Below are positions 1-12,459 of a stretch of 64,000 bases of DNA, one piece after another. Under the pieces are notes generated by a model, which saw nothing but the letters and a program-made list of their open reading frames with translations, did no database searches and had not been told where the DNA came from. Position numbers and translations under genes: made by a program. The DNA comes from Candidatus Izemoplasmatales bacterium (GTDB lineage Bacteria > Bacillota_I > Bacilli_A > Izemoplasmatales > Hujiaoplasmataceae): assembly GCA_050949045.1 (NCBI GenBank), contig JBMNEZ010000001.1, forward strand, positions 1,248,001 to 1,312,000, in the 5' to 3' direction. The first letter of the stretch is position 1. Every line of letters begins with the position of its first letter.

Positions 1-554
1 AGTCGGGATTCATTGATTCAGTCGGAATCGATTTGTATTTAAGGATATTGGAAGAAGAAATCAAAGAAAAACAAGGACAAACAAGCAGTAAAAAAGAAAT
101 GATGCCAATAAAAGCCACAGTCTCCCGCTACATTGACAAAAATTATATCTCAGACGATTTTGTAAAAATAGAAATGCACAAAAAAATCAGCGCTGTCGAG
201 AGTATAAGTGAAATTCAAGACCTTTTGGACGAATTTAAGGATCGCTTTGGCAAATATGATCTTGAATTGGAGATATATATCTATGAACGTTTATTTGAAA
301 AGTTGGCAGCAAGAATGGGAGTAGACAAAATGTTAGAGAAAAAAAACAATATCACATTGATCCTTTCAGAAGAAGCCAGCAACAAGATTGCGGGAGACAA
401 GCTGTTTCGTTCAGGGATGAAGGTATCGAGATTCATCCGTTTTGCCTATAAAAACAACCGGCTCCAGATTATTCTCGATACCGTTGGACTTGATCGACAC
501 TGGCTCTATACGATGGTTGGTTTTCTAGAACAGCTCACCGTAGAATTGTTGTAA
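1..554 (+). CDS. mfd: Transcription-repair coupling factor, C-terminal part (5' truncated by window)
   Basis: Frame is open from position 3 and reads SGFIDSVGIDLY, matching the Mfd QSGFIDSVGFDLY motif. It continues into TRCF-like sequence (YI...KIEMHKKI...DEFKDRFG). Confidence 0.9.
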   Translation, partial: SGFIDSVGIDLYLRILEEEIKEKQGQTSSKKEMMPIKATVSRYIDKNYISDDFVKIEMHKKISAVESISEIQDLLDEFKDRFGKYDLELEIYIYERLFEKLAARMGVDKMLEKKNNITLILSEEASNKIAGDKLFRSGMKVSRFIRFAYKNNRLQIILDTVGLDRHWLYTMVGFLEQLTVELL

Positions 555-564
555 TATCAAAATA

Positions 565-590
565 GGCAGAACAGATACTGCCTGTTTTTT
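565..590 (+). terminator. Intrinsic terminator after mfd
   Basis: aggcag...ctgcct stem followed by gtttttt. Confidence 0.6.
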
Positions 591-624
591 ATTTGATTTA
601 ACCCGATTGAATCTGTAAAAAACG

Positions 625-653
625 TTGAAAATTATATAATTATATTATATAAT
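625..653 (+). promoter_or_regulatory. Sigma-A type promoter for the yaaA-recF-gyrBA-serS run
   Basis: TTGAAA (625-630), 17 bp spacer, TATAAT (648-653). Confidence 0.6.
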
Positions 654-704
654 ACATATTAAAGAACTAATATTTTTTATGATAGATCGGATAGGGGGTA
701 AACG

Positions 705-917
705 ATGAAAACAATTCAAATCAATACCCCTTTTATTACGCTTGGACAACTATTAAAATTTGCCGGTATAATCAATAACGGCGGTGAGGCTAAAGGGTTT
801 CTAAGAGCGAACAGAATTACGATCAACGATGAAGTTGATAACCGCAGAGGCAAGAAAATCCATCCCGGCGACAAGGTCACTATCAACGATAAAATCGAAT
901 TGTTGATAAGCAAATAA
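705..917 (+). CDS. yaaA: S4 domain RNA-binding protein YaaA
   Basis: ITLGQLLK...GGEAK...RRGKKI motif; directly upstream of recF. Confidence 0.9.
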   Translation: MKTIQINTPFITLGQLLKFAGIINNGGEAKGFLRANRITINDEVDNRRGKKIHPGDKVTINDKIELLISK

Positions 918-920
918 ATT

Positions 921-2018
921 ATGATAATCGACAAAATTACCCTAACCAATTTCCGAAACTATCAGAAACAGACATTGGCCCTTGGTTCGGGCATTAATTT
1001 TATTATCGGGGCGAACGGCGAAGGAAAAACAAACTTTCTTGAGGCAATTTATGTGTTGGCAATGGCCAAATCATACAAAGTCGAAGATCAGGATCTAATC
1101 AGGTTCAACGAGGAATTTGCCAAGATTCAAGCATCAATTGTTAATAACAAACTAAAAACAGAATTGACTTTGATCATATCAGAAATTGGAAAGCGTGCCC
1201 TAGCCAACGACAAAGAAGTCAAACGGCTCAGTGAGTATATCGGGCATTTATACATTGTGTCGTTTCTTCCCGAGGACATGAACTTGATCAAAGGGTCTCC
1301 AAAAGACAGGCGCTATTACTTTGATGTTTTCTTAGGGCAAATAGACAAAGAATATCTAAGGGATCTCGCCGATTATAAACGCCTAGTCAGACAAAGAAAT
1401 GAATTGCTCAAAAAAATGTCGGACGCCGAGAATAATGATGAAACACTACTTGATGTTATCACCGAACAACTAGCAAAGAATATCGATATTATTTCAAAGC
1501 GCAGATCGGCGCTAATAGCCGATATCAACCGTCAAATACAAGAAGCATATCATCAATTAACGCAACTGGAAAAGAACTTCAAACTTGAATATCTGCCTTC
1601 GATCACAGAATCTGACACTAGCAAATATCTAAAATCCAGATATAGACAAGATCTTGTCTCCGGAGCCACAAACTATGGCTCTCACAGAGACGATTATGAA
1701 TTCATTCTTGACAGCATGCCGGCAAGGCTACATGCCTCCCAAGGCGAACAAAGGGCAATGATTATCGCCCTCAACATCGCTCTTTCCAACATTGTCAACA
1801 AAACCAAGCATTCAAGGCCGGTTTTCCTGCTCGATGATGTCTTCTCCGAATTGGATCAAAAGCGTCAAAATAGACTGCTTGAATGCTTGTTGGGCACTAA
1901 TGCGCAAACGATCATTACCACAACCGGATTTCAGGACATCGCGGATCGATATCTGAAAACCGGAAAAATCTTTCGTGTAAGAAAGGGTTATATCAAGGAG
2001 GAAAGCTTCAATGGCTGA
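921..2018 (+). CDS. recF: DNA replication/repair protein RecF
   Basis: NFRNY, Walker [16 protein letters not shown] and [10 protein letters not shown]. Confidence 0.97.
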   Translation: MIIDKITLTNFRNYQKQTLALGSGINFIIGANGEGKTNFLEAIYVLAMAKSYKVEDQDLIRFNEEFAKIQASIVNNKLKTELTLIISEIGKRALANDKEVKRLSEYIGHLYIVSFLPEDMNLIKGSPKDRRYYFDVFLGQIDKEYLRDLADYKRLVRQRNELLKKMSDAENNDETLLDVITEQLAKNIDIISKRRSALIADINRQIQEAYHQLTQLEKNFKLEYLPSITESDTSKYLKSRYRQDLVSGATNYGSHRDDYEFILDSMPARLHASQGEQRAMIIALNIALSNIVNKTKHSRPVFLLDDVFSELDQKRQNRLLECLLGTNAQTIITTTGFQDIADRYLKTGKIFRVRKGYIKEESFNG

Positions 2019-3921
2019 TTTAGAATCAACATACAACTCCAGCAATATCCAGATCCTTGAGGGGCTGGAAGCTGTTAGAAAAAGACCGGCGATGTACATT
2101 GGCACAACCGGACCAAGGGGACTTCATCACCTTGTTTGGGAAATAGTTGACAATTCTGTCGATGAGGCGCTTGCGGGTTATGCGGACAGCATCCATGTCG
2201 AGATACTTCCGGAAAATTATATCCGAGTCCAAGACAACGGCAGGGGCATTCCTGTCGATATCCACCCCAAAACAGGGCGGCCGACAGTCGAAACCGTCTA
2301 CACCGTGCTTCATGCAGGGGGGAAGTTTGACCACAAATCCTACAAAGTATCAGGAGGGCTTCACGGCGTCGGCGCCGCTGTCGTCAACGGCCTTAGTAAA
2401 TTTCTCCGTATCGAAACTCACAAAGACGGCAAGATATACACCATCGAATTTGAAAGAGGAGAAGTCAAGCGAGAATTAAAGTATGAAGGCGACACTCAGT
2501 CAAGCGGAACTGTCGTCACGTTTTTAGCCGATCCGGAAATTTTTACCGAATCGCAGGAGTACGAATTTGAAACATTGAGAAACCGCATCCAACAACTCGC
2601 GTTTTTGAACAAAGGAATTCAATTCATGATTTCCGACGAGCGGAATCCTGAAAATAAAATCCATAAACAATACCGCTACGAGGGCGGTGTCAAAGAATAT
2701 GTCTGCTTTTTGAATTCAGGCAAAGACCTGGTTCACCCCATGGTGGCCTATTTCGAAGGCGAGCAAGAAGGGATCACTGTTGAAATAGCGATGCAGTATA
2801 ACAATGGATACGCGGCTAATATTTACCCATTCACCAACAACATCACCAACGCCGAAGGCGGGACTCATGAAGAAGGGTTCAAGACGACACTCACCCGCAT
2901 TCTTAACAATTACGGCAAAAACTCCAATATCTTCCGTAAAGACGAAACTCTGCTTGGCGAAGATACAAGAGAAGGACTTGTAGCCATCATTTCTGTGAAA
3001 CATCCCGATCCGCAGTTTGAGGGACAGACAAAATCAAAATTGGGATCCTCCGATGCCCGTAGAGCGGTTTCCAATATTATGAGCGAGGGTTTAGAAAGAT
3101 TTCTCTTGGAAAATCCAACAGCGGCAAAAGCAATCCTTGAAAAGACTTTGGTAGCGCAAAGGTCTCGACTCGCAGCCAAGAAGGCAAGAGAGCTCACCAG
3201 AAGGAAATCGCCGCTCGATTCGCTTGGTTTTGCCTCTAAATTGGCAGATTGCCGTTCAAAAGATGCACAAAAATCAGAAATATATATCGTTGAGGGCGAT
3301 TCTGCCGGCGGTTCCGCCAAACAAGGGAGAGACTCAGAATATCAAGCGATTCTGCCATTACGCGGAAAAGTTTTGAATGTCGAGAAAGCAAGACTTGACA
3401 AGGTTCTGCAAAACAAGGAGATATTATCGATGATTCAAGCTTTCGGCACAGGGATCGGCGAGGATTTTCAAGTCGAGAACACCCGATACCATAAAATCAT
3501 CATCATGACCGATGCCGACGTCGACGGAGCCCATATCAGGACATTGCTCTTGACTTTCTTTTTCCGCTATATGAGACCTTTGATTGAAAAAGGGTATATA
3601 TACATTGCCCAACCGCCTCTTTTCAAAATTCAACAAGGGAAACAGATTCAGTACGCTTATGATGAAAAAGAGCTTGAGCGCATCCTTAAAGAGCTGAACG
3701 GCAAGCCAACCCTGCAACGATACAAAGGCCTTGGAGAAATGAATCCGGAACAACTGTGGGAGACGACCATGAATCCGGAGACAAGGACATTGTTACAAGT
3801 GAATCTAGAGGACGCAATCGAAGCGGACCGCATCTTCTCGATGCTGATGGGCGAAGATGTTCTCAGCAGAAAAGAATTTATTCAGGAAAATGCGAAATTT
3901 GTTTGCAACCTTGATTTTTAG
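2011..3921 (+). CDS. gyrB: DNA gyrase subunit B
   Basis: [46 protein letters not shown]. Confidence 0.97.
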   Translation: MADLESTYNSSNIQILEGLEAVRKRPAMYIGTTGPRGLHHLVWEIVDNSVDEALAGYADSIHVEILPENYIRVQDNGRGIPVDIHPKTGRPTVETVYTVLHAGGKFDHKSYKVSGGLHGVGAAVVNGLSKFLRIETHKDGKIYTIEFERGEVKRELKYEGDTQSSGTVVTFLADPEIFTESQEYEFETLRNRIQQLAFLNKGIQFMISDERNPENKIHKQYRYEGGVKEYVCFLNSGKDLVHPMVAYFEGEQEGITVEIAMQYNNGYAANIYPFTNNITNAEGGTHEEGFKTTLTRILNNYGKNSNIFRKDETLLGEDTREGLVAIISVKHPDPQFEGQTKSKLGSSDARRAVSNIMSEGLERFLLENPTAAKAILEKTLVAQRSRLAAKKARELTRRKSPLDSLGFASKLADCRSKDAQKSEIYIVEGDSAGGSAKQGRDSEYQAILPLRGKVLNVEKARLDKVLQNKEILSMIQAFGTGIGEDFQVENTRYHKIIIMTDADVDGAHIRTLLLTFFFRYMRPLIEKGYIYIAQPPLFKIQQGKQIQYAYDEKELERILKELNGKPTLQRYKGLGEMNPEQLWETTMNPETRTLLQVNLEDAIEADRIFSMLMGEDVLSRKEFIQENAKFVCNLDF

Positions 3922-3930
3922 GAGGACATC

Positions 3931-6558
3931 ATGGACTTGATGAACGAAAACAAGAAAAATAACAAGATCATTGAAATCAAACTTGCAAGCGAAATGAAAA
4001 GTTCGTTCCTTAGTTATGCGATGAGCGTAATTGTATCCCGAGCGCTCCCTGATGTCAGGGACGGACTCAAACCGGTTCACCGCCGCATTCTTTATGGCAT
4101 GGATGAACTTGGGGTATATCCTGACAAACAATATAAAAAATCGGCGCGTATAGTCGGCGATGTCATGGGCAAGTATCATCCCCACGGAGATTCGGCAATC
4201 TATGACTCGATGGTACGCATGGCCCAAGATTTCAGTTACCGGTATCCTCTCGTCAATGGACACGGCAACTTTGGATCCATTGATGGCGATGGTGCTGCCG
4301 CCATGCGTTACACCGAAGCCAAAATGGAAAAAATCACTGTCGAAATGCTGAAGGACATCAGAAAAGACACGGTCGATTTTATTGATAACTATGACGGCTC
4401 AGAAAAAGAACCCTGTGTTTTGCCATCCAAATTTCCAAATATTCTCGTCAACGGCTCTTCGGGAATCGCCGTTGGCATGGCGACCAACATTCCACCCCAC
4501 AATCTTGGAGAAGTCATTGATGGCTATATCGCTTATATCAAAAATCCGGAAATTTCCGATGACGAATTGATGGATTTTATTAAAGGGCCAGACTTTCCAA
4601 CCGGCGGCGTCATTCTTGGCCTTTCCGGTATCAGAGAGGCTTATGCCACTGGGAAAGGGATTATCAGAGTCAAAGCCAAAACCGAAACGATTGAACACGC
4701 TTCAGGGAAAAAGACGATCATTGTCAAGGAAATACCTTATCAAGTCAACAAAACCACTCTAATTGAAAGAATCGCTGAATTGGCGAAAGACAAAAAAATC
4801 GACGGGATTACTGATTTACGCGACGAATCGAATCACAAGGGAATGCGTGTCGTCATAGAACTCAGGCGCGATGTCAATCCAGAAGTTTTGCTAAATAACC
4901 TCTATAAGAACTCTCAGATGCAAATCTCCTTCGGCGTCAATATGATTGCCCTTGTGAATGACAAGCCGGAAATGCTGTCGCTCAAACAAGTTATTGAACA
5001 CTATTTCCAACACCAGACCGAAGTGCTGATCCGCAAGACCAAATTCGATCTTGACAAAGCTGTTCAAAGAGAACACCTTTTGAATGGTTTCATCCTTGCG
5101 CTCGACAATATCGAAAGAGTCATCAAGATCATCCGCGATTCATATGACGATACCGAACAACGCCTGATAGCCGATTTTGGTTTCAGCGAGGTTCAGGCCA
5201 AAGCCATTCTCGCGATGCAATTAAGGCGGCTTTCAGGACTTGAAAGAGACAAACTGCATCAAGAGAAAACCGACTTGGTAAAAGCAATTGATTTCTATAA
5301 TCAAATTCTGTCAAGCACCAAAATGCAACACCAGATTCTTATTGAAGAAGCAAAAGAAATCAAAGAAAAATATGGCGATTCGCGAAGAACCGAAATCGAC
5401 CCCTTTGGTGAATACGATATCGAAAACGAGGATCTCATTCCGGTCGAGGAAGTAATCGTTGTCATTACCACCAACGGCTATGTGAAGCGAATGAAAACTG
5501 ATGAGTATCGTTCTCAAAACCGTGGCGGGAAAGGAAAAACAGGCATGAAAATCAACGAAGATGATGTCATTGGCCAGATCATTTGGACCTCCACCCACGA
5601 CTACCTTTTGTTTTTTACTTCACTAGGCAGAGTTTACAAGATAAAAGGCTACAAAATCCCTGAATATGGGCGTAGCTCCAAAGGAATCCCCATCGTCAAT
5701 CTTTTAAATCTCGCCAAAGAGGAACAACTTGCGGCGGCCATGAGCGTTAATAATTTCAACGAAGGCTATCTTTTCTTTACAACTAAAAACGGGGTCGTCA
5801 AGAGAACCAAAGTTTCTGACTTTCAAAATATCCGTCAAAACGGCATCCGTGCAATTTCAATGAGACCAAACGACGAACTTCACAGCGTTAAACTGACCGA
5901 TGGCAAGCGTGAAATCCTGATCGGCGCCTCGAACGGAAAAGCTATCCGCTTCCTCGAAACCGATGTGCGTTCAATGGGTAGAAACGCCGCCGGCGTCAAA
6001 GGAATCGATCTTAAAGACGATGAGGAAGTCGTCGGCGCCACCACCATCGACACCGAACGAAACGAAGTGCTTGCGATTACCAAATTCGGTTATGGCAAGC
6101 GGACTATTATTGATGAATACCGTCTTCAAAACCGTGGTGGCAAAGGGGTAAAAACGATAAATGTCACCGACAAGAACGGCCCATTGAAAAAATTGATCAG
6201 CGTCGTCGGCGACGAAGATCTCTTTGTCGTCACCGATAAAGGAATGATCATTCGAACTCCGATTGACCAGATTGCCCAAACCAAACGCTCCACTCAAGGA
6301 GTGAAAGTTATCGATCTTGTCGAGGGCCATCAGGTCGCAACGATCGCCATTGTCCCCAAACAGGAATGCGAAGAAGGGGAAATATGTGAAGAAAATGATA
6401 ATGATGAGATTGTTCCTAATGACAAGGGTGATATAATTAAAGAAACCGAATCATTTTCGCTTTCACAATATAAAGACTTACTTCAAGACGACGAGGAAGA
6501 AGAATCTGAAACCGATACGATTGAAGACATCAACGACATTCTCGGTGACAGCTATTAG
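3931..6558 (+). CDS. gyrA: DNA gyrase subunit A with long acidic tail
   Basis: [31 protein letters not shown] and GyrA box QNRGGKG. Confidence 0.97.
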   Translation: MDLMNENKKNNKIIEIKLASEMKSSFLSYAMSVIVSRALPDVRDGLKPVHRRILYGMDELGVYPDKQYKKSARIVGDVMGKYHPHGDSAIYDSMVRMAQDFSYRYPLVNGHGNFGSIDGDGAAAMRYTEAKMEKITVEMLKDIRKDTVDFIDNYDGSEKEPCVLPSKFPNILVNGSSGIAVGMATNIPPHNLGEVIDGYIAYIKNPEISDDELMDFIKGPDFPTGGVILGLSGIREAYATGKGIIRVKAKTETIEHASGKKTIIVKEIPYQVNKTTLIERIAELAKDKKIDGITDLRDESNHKGMRVVIELRRDVNPEVLLNNLYKNSQMQISFGVNMIALVNDKPEMLSLKQVIEHYFQHQTEVLIRKTKFDLDKAVQREHLLNGFILALDNIERVIKIIRDSYDDTEQRLIADFGFSEVQAKAILAMQLRRLSGLERDKLHQEKTDLVKAIDFYNQILSSTKMQHQILIEEAKEIKEKYGDSRRTEIDPFGEYDIENEDLIPVEEVIVVITTNGYVKRMKTDEYRSQNRGGKGKTGMKINEDDVIGQIIWTSTHDYLLFFTSLGRVYKIKGYKIPEYGRSSKGIPIVNLLNLAKEEQLAAAMSVNNFNEGYLFFTTKNGVVKRTKVSDFQNIRQNGIRAISMRPNDELHSVKLTDGKREILIGASNGKAIRFLETDVRSMGRNAAGVKGIDLKDDEEVVGATTIDTERNEVLAITKFGYGKRTIIDEYRLQNRGGKGVKTINVTDKNGPLKKLISVVGDEDLFVVTDKGMIIRTPIDQIAQTKRSTQGVKVIDLVEGHQVATIAIVPKQECEEGEICEENDNDEIVPNDKGDIIKETESFSLSQYKDLLQDDEEEESETDTIEDINDILGDSY

Positions 6559-6573
6559 AAGGAGTTATGACCA

Positions 6574-7848
6574 ATGCTTGACATCAAATTGATCCGCGAG
6601 CAGACAGATTGGGTGATTGAACTTCTCAACCGCAGGGGAGGCGATCATTCATATTTGAAGGACCTCGTGGAAAAAGATCGTTCCAGACGGGAAAAGATCC
6701 TCGAAAGCGAAATGCTCAAAGCGAAAAAAAACGAAGCCTCCCGGACTATAGGAAAGTACAAGCGCGATGGGCTTGACACAACCGCAATCATTAAAGAAAT
6801 CGATAGTTATTCAGAACGGATTGTCAGTCTTGATGAGTCCATCAGGGTTTTAGATGAGGAAATCAGAAACACGCTTCTCATAACCCCGAATCTTCCCGAT
6901 GAGACGATTCCGATCGGAGCGGACGACTCTTTTAACAAAGAGATCAAACGCCATCTCGAACCGACGAAGTTCTCTTTTCCCGTCAAATCGCATTATGATC
7001 TCGGCGAAGCCCTAGACATTCTTGATTTCAACCGTGCCGGCAAGATTTCCGGATCACGTTTCGTCGTTTATAAAGGCCTTGGAGCCCGCCTTGAAAGAGC
7101 GTTGATCCAATTCATGATGGATCTTCACGCCGATTTTCACGGATATCGGGAAATTATGCCGCCGTATGCTATCAACGAAGCTTCAATGTATGCTTCCGGC
7201 CAATTTCCCAAATTTATCGATGAAGCGTTCAAATTGAATGATGAACGAAATTTATATTTAAATCCAACAGCTGAAGTTCCGACCATCAACCTTCATCGCG
7301 ATGAAGTTTTGAACAAAGACTCATTGCCAATCAAATATGTTGCCTACACCACGGCGTTCCGCAAGGAAGCCGGATCAGCAGGCAAAGACACTCGCGGGAT
7401 TCTAAGACAACACCAATTCAACAAAGTCGAACTAATCAAATTCACCAAACCGGAAGAATCCCAGATCGAACACGATTTAATGCTCAAGGATTCTGAAAGT
7501 GTGCTCCAGATACTCGGGCTTCCCTATCGTGTTGTCGTCTTGTCGACCGGCGATCTCGGGTTTTCGATGCAAAAGACTTATGATATCGAAGTTTGGTTGC
7601 CCTCAGAGAACCGCTACCGCGAAATCGGCTCGATTTCCAATGCCGGCGACTATCAGGCGCGTCGGGCAAACATCAAATTTAGGCGTGAAATTGATCAAAA
7701 ACTGGAATATGTTCACATCTTAAATGGCTCCGGGCTGGCTGTTGGCAGAACCGTGATCGCAATCATGGAAAACTACCAACAAGCCGATGGATCGATCAAG
7801 ATTCCCGAAGCCTTGATCAAATACATGGGAGTAGTCGAAATAAAATAA
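6574..7848 (+). CDS. serS: Serine--tRNA ligase
   Basis: MLDIKLIR start, PTAEVP, FRKEAGSAGKDTRGILRQHQFNKVE, NGSGLAVGR. Confidence 0.97.
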   Translation: MLDIKLIREQTDWVIELLNRRGGDHSYLKDLVEKDRSRREKILESEMLKAKKNEASRTIGKYKRDGLDTTAIIKEIDSYSERIVSLDESIRVLDEEIRNTLLITPNLPDETIPIGADDSFNKEIKRHLEPTKFSFPVKSHYDLGEALDILDFNRAGKISGSRFVVYKGLGARLERALIQFMMDLHADFHGYREIMPPYAINEASMYASGQFPKFIDEAFKLNDERNLYLNPTAEVPTINLHRDEVLNKDSLPIKYVAYTTAFRKEAGSAGKDTRGILRQHQFNKVELIKFTKPEESQIEHDLMLKDSESVLQILGLPYRVVVLSTGDLGFSMQKTYDIEVWLPSENRYREIGSISNAGDYQARRANIKFRREIDQKLEYVHILNGSGLAVGRTVIAIMENYQQADGSIKIPEALIKYMGVVEIK

Positions 7849-7901
7849 AAAACCTCCAAAACAATTGGAGGCATGAATCAATACAAATCAACGGAAAGGG
7901 C

Positions 7902-8315
7902 TCATTCGAGCTCTTTTTTGATTTTATCCAAAATAGTTAAATAGGTATCTTTTGATATCTCTTGTTTTTGAGCGGGCGCTTCAATGATGAAATTATCGCT
8001 TTCATAGCGAGGGATGAGATGTATGTGGAAATGAAAAACAGATTGAAGCGGCTTCTCGGTGTTGATGATAATATTGAGTCCAATTGGATCAAAAGCCCGT
8101 TTAAGTGCGTTTGCCAATCGTGGCAGTTTTTTGAAAAGCCTCTGGGCGAGATTTTCATCAAGTTCATAAAGATTGCGACAGTGTGTCTTGGGAATCAGGA
8201 GCGCGTGCCCCTTAGTGGCTTGCGAGATATCAAGAATCGCGATCATATCCTCGTCCTCGTAAAATTTATAACTTGGTATTTCACCGTTGATGATTCGGCA
8301 GAAGATGCAGTCCAT
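7902..8315 (-). CDS. HIT family nucleotide hydrolase
   Basis: DCIFCRII and histidine triad HFHIH. Confidence 0.92.
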   Translation of the reverse strand: MDCIFCRIINGEIPSYKFYEDEDMIAILDISQATKGHALLIPKTHCRNLYELDENLAQRLFKKLPRLANALKRAFDPIGLNIIINTEKPLQSVFHFHIHLIPRYESDNFIIEAPAQKQEISKDTYLTILDKIKKELE

Positions 8316-8317
8316 AT

Positions 8318-8971
8318 TTAAACCCCCTGGTTATATTTTTCTATGATGCGGGATAAACCCCGAAAATCATCAATCCAAAAATCAGGCATGGCACGATGTA
8401 GTTCTTCGGATTTAAGTGTCCAAGATACGCCACAGGTGAGGATGCCAGCGTTTTTCCCCGCGATAATATCTGAATAAGAATCACCGATCATAACCGCCTG
8501 GTCGACGTTGTTAAAAGCCGACAAAGCTTTTTTGATCGGTTCGGGATCGGGTTTGTGTTTGGCGACTTCATCTAAACTGATGATTGTCGAAATTCTTTGG
8601 TCGATCCCATAGTGTTTGATTGAGGGTAAAGCTGATGATCTGAACTTGGTTGTGACGATGCCAAGATTGAAGCCGCTATCCTTGAAGTAATCCAAAACTT
8701 CAAGAACATGCGGGTATATATCAATGTAGGCAAACTCGTATTCACGGTATGTTTTTAAATAAACATCAATCATCATGGAGATCGTGTTAGCGTCCGCCAC
8801 TAAGCTAGCAAAGGTTTCCCGAAGAGGCGGGCCGATCATTTGGATGATTGCGGATCGAGGGAAGTAACGATCTGGAAGAAATTTGGATAAAGCCGTTTGA
8901 AGTGACATAATAATTAATTCATTGGAGTCGATCAGCGTGCCGTCAAGATCGAAAAGCAGAGTGTTAATCAT
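8318..8971 (-). CDS. HAD hydrolase, PpaX-like pyrophosphatase
   Basis: FDLDGTL motif I, KPDPEP, MIGDS. Start placed at MINTLL (8971), downstream of an AGGTGG RBS. Confidence 0.85.
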   Translation of the reverse strand: MINTLLFDLDGTLIDSNELIIMSLQTALSKFLPDRYFPRSAIIQMIGPPLRETFASLVADANTISMMIDVYLKTYREYEFAYIDIYPHVLEVLDYFKDSGFNLGIVTTKFRSSALPSIKHYGIDQRISTIISLDEVAKHKPDPEPIKKALSAFNNVDQAVMIGDSYSDIIAGKNAGILTCGVSWTLKSEELHRAMPDFWIDDFRGLSRIIEKYNQGV

Positions 8972-9097
8972 ATTGGCGTACCACCTGTCGATATTATAAC
9001 AAATAACCGCTTGTTTGCCCAGCCGATTTGGATAATGTGTAACAGCCCGTATAGTTTTTAAAACGCCAATATGGTATAATTTTGGCGGTGATTTTTT

Positions 9098-10075
9098 TTG
9101 AAAAAGACATTGTTGATTTTTAACCCCGCAAGCGGACGCCAAAACTTCAAAAAACATCTTTCGATGATTGAGAAACGATTTCGGGAAAACGGACATCATC
9201 TGGATGTTTTTCAGACTGAATATCCGCGCCAAGCCACGGAAATAGCTTTTCAAGCTTGTGAAAAAAGATATGATTATCTGGTTATAGCGGGCGGAGACGG
9301 CACTTTCAACGAATGTCTGAACGGGATTATGAAATCCGATTACCGGCCGGTGATCGGTCACTTGCCAGCAGGAACCGGCTGTGACATCGCCCATACATTA
9401 GGCATCAGCAAAAACATTAACAAAGCTTTGGATGTTTTTTTTGAGAACGAACCGGTATTGATGGACGTGGTCAAAGCAAACGACCGTTATTTTACGTATG
9501 TGTCTGGCAACGGCGCGTATATTGACATCGGGTACATGACTGATTCGAAGATGAAAAAGAAATTTGGTTGGATCGCCTATCTTTTCAAAGCGCTTGAGAA
9601 GTGGTTTACGATTTCCAAGATGCACATGAAAGCAACCTATGACGACGGCGTTTTGGAAGGAGTATTTTCGCTGATTCTAATCATCAACACAAAACGGGTC
9701 GCTGCCATGAATCTAATCTACAAGCCGATTCTTGACGACGGCAAGGTCGATGTGATAATGTATCGTAGTATTTATCCTTTCAACTGGATCGCCTATCTCA
9801 TTTCTTATTTTTTCCCTTTTTTGAGCACATCGTTCGTGAAAAGATTCAGAACTGCCAAATTGAAAATAGAGACCGATACAAAATTCCGTTGGAATTTCGA
9901 CGGTGAATTAGGAGGGCTTGGCGATCAAAACATCCAGGTCTGCCAGAAGGCGATCCAGATTGTGGTCAAACCAAAAATTAAAAAGAAATACTTCAAATAT
10001 CAAACTCAAAATGAAACTGCAGTTTATACTGCCGATCAACCGGACCCGGTCGCTACTTCTAAAGAGGCAAATTGA
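9098..10075 (+). CDS. Diacylglycerol/lipid kinase family protein (DagK/YegS)
   Basis: NPASG, GGDGT, PAGT and DGE motifs. Confidence 0.85.
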   Translation: MKKTLLIFNPASGRQNFKKHLSMIEKRFRENGHHLDVFQTEYPRQATEIAFQACEKRYDYLVIAGGDGTFNECLNGIMKSDYRPVIGHLPAGTGCDIAHTLGISKNINKALDVFFENEPVLMDVVKANDRYFTYVSGNGAYIDIGYMTDSKMKKKFGWIAYLFKALEKWFTISKMHMKATYDDGVLEGVFSLILIINTKRVAAMNLIYKPILDDGKVDVIMYRSIYPFNWIAYLISYFFPFLSTSFVKRFRTAKLKIETDTKFRWNFDGELGGLGDQNIQVCQKAIQIVVKPKIKKKYFKYQTQNETAVYTADQPDPVATSKEAN

Positions 10076-10089
10076 GGGAGCGATTATAA

Positions 10090-10977
10090 ATGGATAAAAA
10101 CGATCAAAATCCCCAAAACAATCATATCAGGATAAAAAAGCATTTGGGACAAAACTTCATCACTGATGTCAATTTGTTAAAAAAAATTGTTTCCCAAGCC
10201 AATGTTACTAAAAACACATTTGTGATCGAAATCGGCCCGGGAAGAGGCTCACTTACCGAAGTGTTATTGGACAAAGCTAACAAAGTATTGGCATATGAGA
10301 TCGATAGCGAGCTCATTCCCGAGCTTGTGCGGAGGTTTCAGAACAGGAATAATTTAATTCTTGTCAACCAAGACGTTCTCAACGTTGACATCAATGCCGA
10401 TTTGGAGAAATATTTTCCCGCAGATGCGGAAATAGCCATTGTCAGCAATCTCCCCTATTACATCACTACATCGATTTTGATGAAATTTCTGGAAGCCACT
10501 GACAAACTGAGTCGCATTATCGTCATGACCCAGCTGGAGGTTGCCAAAAGGCTGACTTCAAAACCGGGAACGAAAGAATATAACGCGCTGTCGATCGCCA
10601 TTGATTACCGGTCTGACGCCAAGCTGCTGTTCAAAGTACCCCGAGAAGTGTTCAAGCCTATTCCAAGAGTTGACTCCGCCGTTATCGCTTTGGGGATGCC
10701 CAAAGCAACGCCGTATGCCAAACCGATTGACGAAAAACTGTTTTTTACCTTGATCAGGGCGGCATTTGCCCAAAGAAGAAAAACACTCGCAAACAATTTG
10801 CTTTCTGCAGGACTCGTCTGTGATCGCGACGCAATCGAACAACTGTTCGAACAGACAAGGATTCCCATTTCGGCAAGAGCCGAAACTATCAATACAGCCA
10901 CTTTCATTGATCTGGCAAACAGACTTGTGAACATTGAAGAGAACATTACAAAAACACCAGCGGAGGAATTAATATGA
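10090..10977 (+). CDS. rsmA: 16S rRNA dimethyltransferase RsmA/KsgA
   Basis: [32 protein letters not shown]. Confidence 0.96.
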   Translation: MDKNDQNPQNNHIRIKKHLGQNFITDVNLLKKIVSQANVTKNTFVIEIGPGRGSLTEVLLDKANKVLAYEIDSELIPELVRRFQNRNNLILVNQDVLNVDINADLEKYFPADAEIAIVSNLPYYITTSILMKFLEATDKLSRIIVMTQLEVAKRLTSKPGTKEYNALSIAIDYRSDAKLLFKVPREVFKPIPRVDSAVIALGMPKATPYAKPIDEKLFFTLIRAAFAQRRKTLANNLLSAGLVCDRDAIEQLFEQTRIPISARAETINTATFIDLANRLVNIEENITKTPAEELI

Positions 10978-12215
10978 ATGAGATCAAGAAAGTTGATCCC
11001 GAAATCGCAGAACTGATTCGGGCGGAAGAAAAAAGACAACAATCACATCTGGAACTGATCGCCTCGGAAAATTTCGTATCTCCAGCAGTTCTCGCAGCTG
11101 TGGGTAGCGTGCTCACAAACAAATACGCCGAAGGCTATCCCGGCAAACGGTACTATGGCGGTTGTGAATATGTTGATGAGGCTGAATCGCTTGCCCGTGA
11201 GCGAGTCAAACAAATCTTCAATGTCAAGTATGCCAATGTCCAGCCGCATTCCGGCTCGACGGCAAACATGGGAGCTTATCGGGCGATCCTTAAACCCGGA
11301 GACGCCGTAATGGGCATGGCTCTCGACCAAGGCGGACATCTAACTCACGGACATCCGCTGAATTTCAGCGGGATTGATTATGCATTTCATTCTTATTATG
11401 TTGATCGAAAAACAGAAATGATCGACTATGACCTTTTGGAAAGCCAGGCTATGGAGGTCAAACCAAGACTTATAGTCGCTGGAGCAAGCGCTTATCCGAG
11501 AGAACTCAATTTTCAAAGATTCAAGGAGATCGCTGACAGAGTTGGAGCGCTTTTGATGGTCGACATGGCGCATATCGCAGGACTTGTAGCCGCAAAGTTA
11601 CATCCGAATCCCTGTGAATACGCCGACATCGTCACTTCGACAACTCACAAGACCTTACGAGGACCTCGAGGAGGCATTATTCTGACCAACAATGAAGACA
11701 TTGCTAAACAAGTCGATAAAGTCATCTTTCCTGGAATCCAAGGGGGGCCTTTGATGCACGTTATCGCCGCCAAAGCCATATTGTTCAAGGAAGTAATGAG
11801 CGATGATTTTGTTTTATATCAAAAACAAGTCATCAAAAATGCCAAAGCATTGGCGGAGAAATTTGTGGACTTAGGCTATCATGTCGTCTCTGGAGGAACA
11901 GACACCCACTTGTTGTTGCTAGACGTTCTTTCTAAGACTAATCTAACCGGCAGAAAAGCTGAAAATCTGCTTGATACGGTCAATATCACTTGTAACAAAA
12001 ACACGATTCCTTATGATACTCAAAATCCCTTTATCGCCAGCGGCATCAGATTGGGAACTCCGGCTATGACAACCAGAGGCTTTGATGAGAAGGATTTTCG
12101 AAAAGTTGCCGAATTGATCAATAAGACACTTTTGAATCCGGATGACAAGTTGATTCTTGATGAAGTGAGAAAAGAAGTCAGAATCTTGACTGATGCACAT
12201 CCGCTTCCATATTAA
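10974..12215 (+). CDS. glyA: Serine hydroxymethyltransferase
   Basis: [34 protein letters not shown]. Confidence 0.98.
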   Translation: MNEIKKVDPEIAELIRAEEKRQQSHLELIASENFVSPAVLAAVGSVLTNKYAEGYPGKRYYGGCEYVDEAESLARERVKQIFNVKYANVQPHSGSTANMGAYRAILKPGDAVMGMALDQGGHLTHGHPLNFSGIDYAFHSYYVDRKTEMIDYDLLESQAMEVKPRLIVAGASAYPRELNFQRFKEIADRVGALLMVDMAHIAGLVAAKLHPNPCEYADIVTSTTHKTLRGPRGGIILTNNEDIAKQVDKVIFPGIQGGPLMHVIAAKAILFKEVMSDDFVLYQKQVIKNAKALAEKFVDLGYHVVSGGTDTHLLLLDVLSKTNLTGRKAENLLDTVNITCNKNTIPYDTQNPFIASGIRLGTPAMTTRGFDEKDFRKVAELINKTLLNPDDKLILDEVRKEVRILTDAHPLPY

Positions 12216-12251
12216 GCATCAATAAATAAGACCATGATTTATGACCGACTT

Positions 12252-12282
12252 AAGGGATGATAATATGCTTTCATCCCTTTTT
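12252..12282 (+). terminator. Intrinsic terminator after glyA
   Basis: aagggatga...tcatccctt stem followed by a T-run. Confidence 0.65.
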
Positions 12283-12459
12283 ATCGGTTTGTTTTTTGAT
12301 ATATATTTAAAACTGACGTTTTAACAAAACAATCATCCAATACTTCATATTCTTTAAAGAGCATTAATGCACAACAGTCAAGGCATGGAAACGGTTTGTC
12401 TTTGCTTGGGAAATGTATTATAATCAATATTACCCGAATCACAAGGAGAACCCAGATAT

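Noticed and set aside
555..704. AT-rich gap before yaaA as oriC
   Set aside because: No DnaA boxes seen; a terminator plus promoter explains it.
6558..6574. T-box leader for serS
   Set aside because: Only 15 bp separate gyrA and serS, leaving no room.
8972..9394. N-terminal extension of the 358-aa minus-strand ORF
   Set aside because: It overlaps the divergent lipid kinase gene; HAD motif I and an RBS place the start at 8971.
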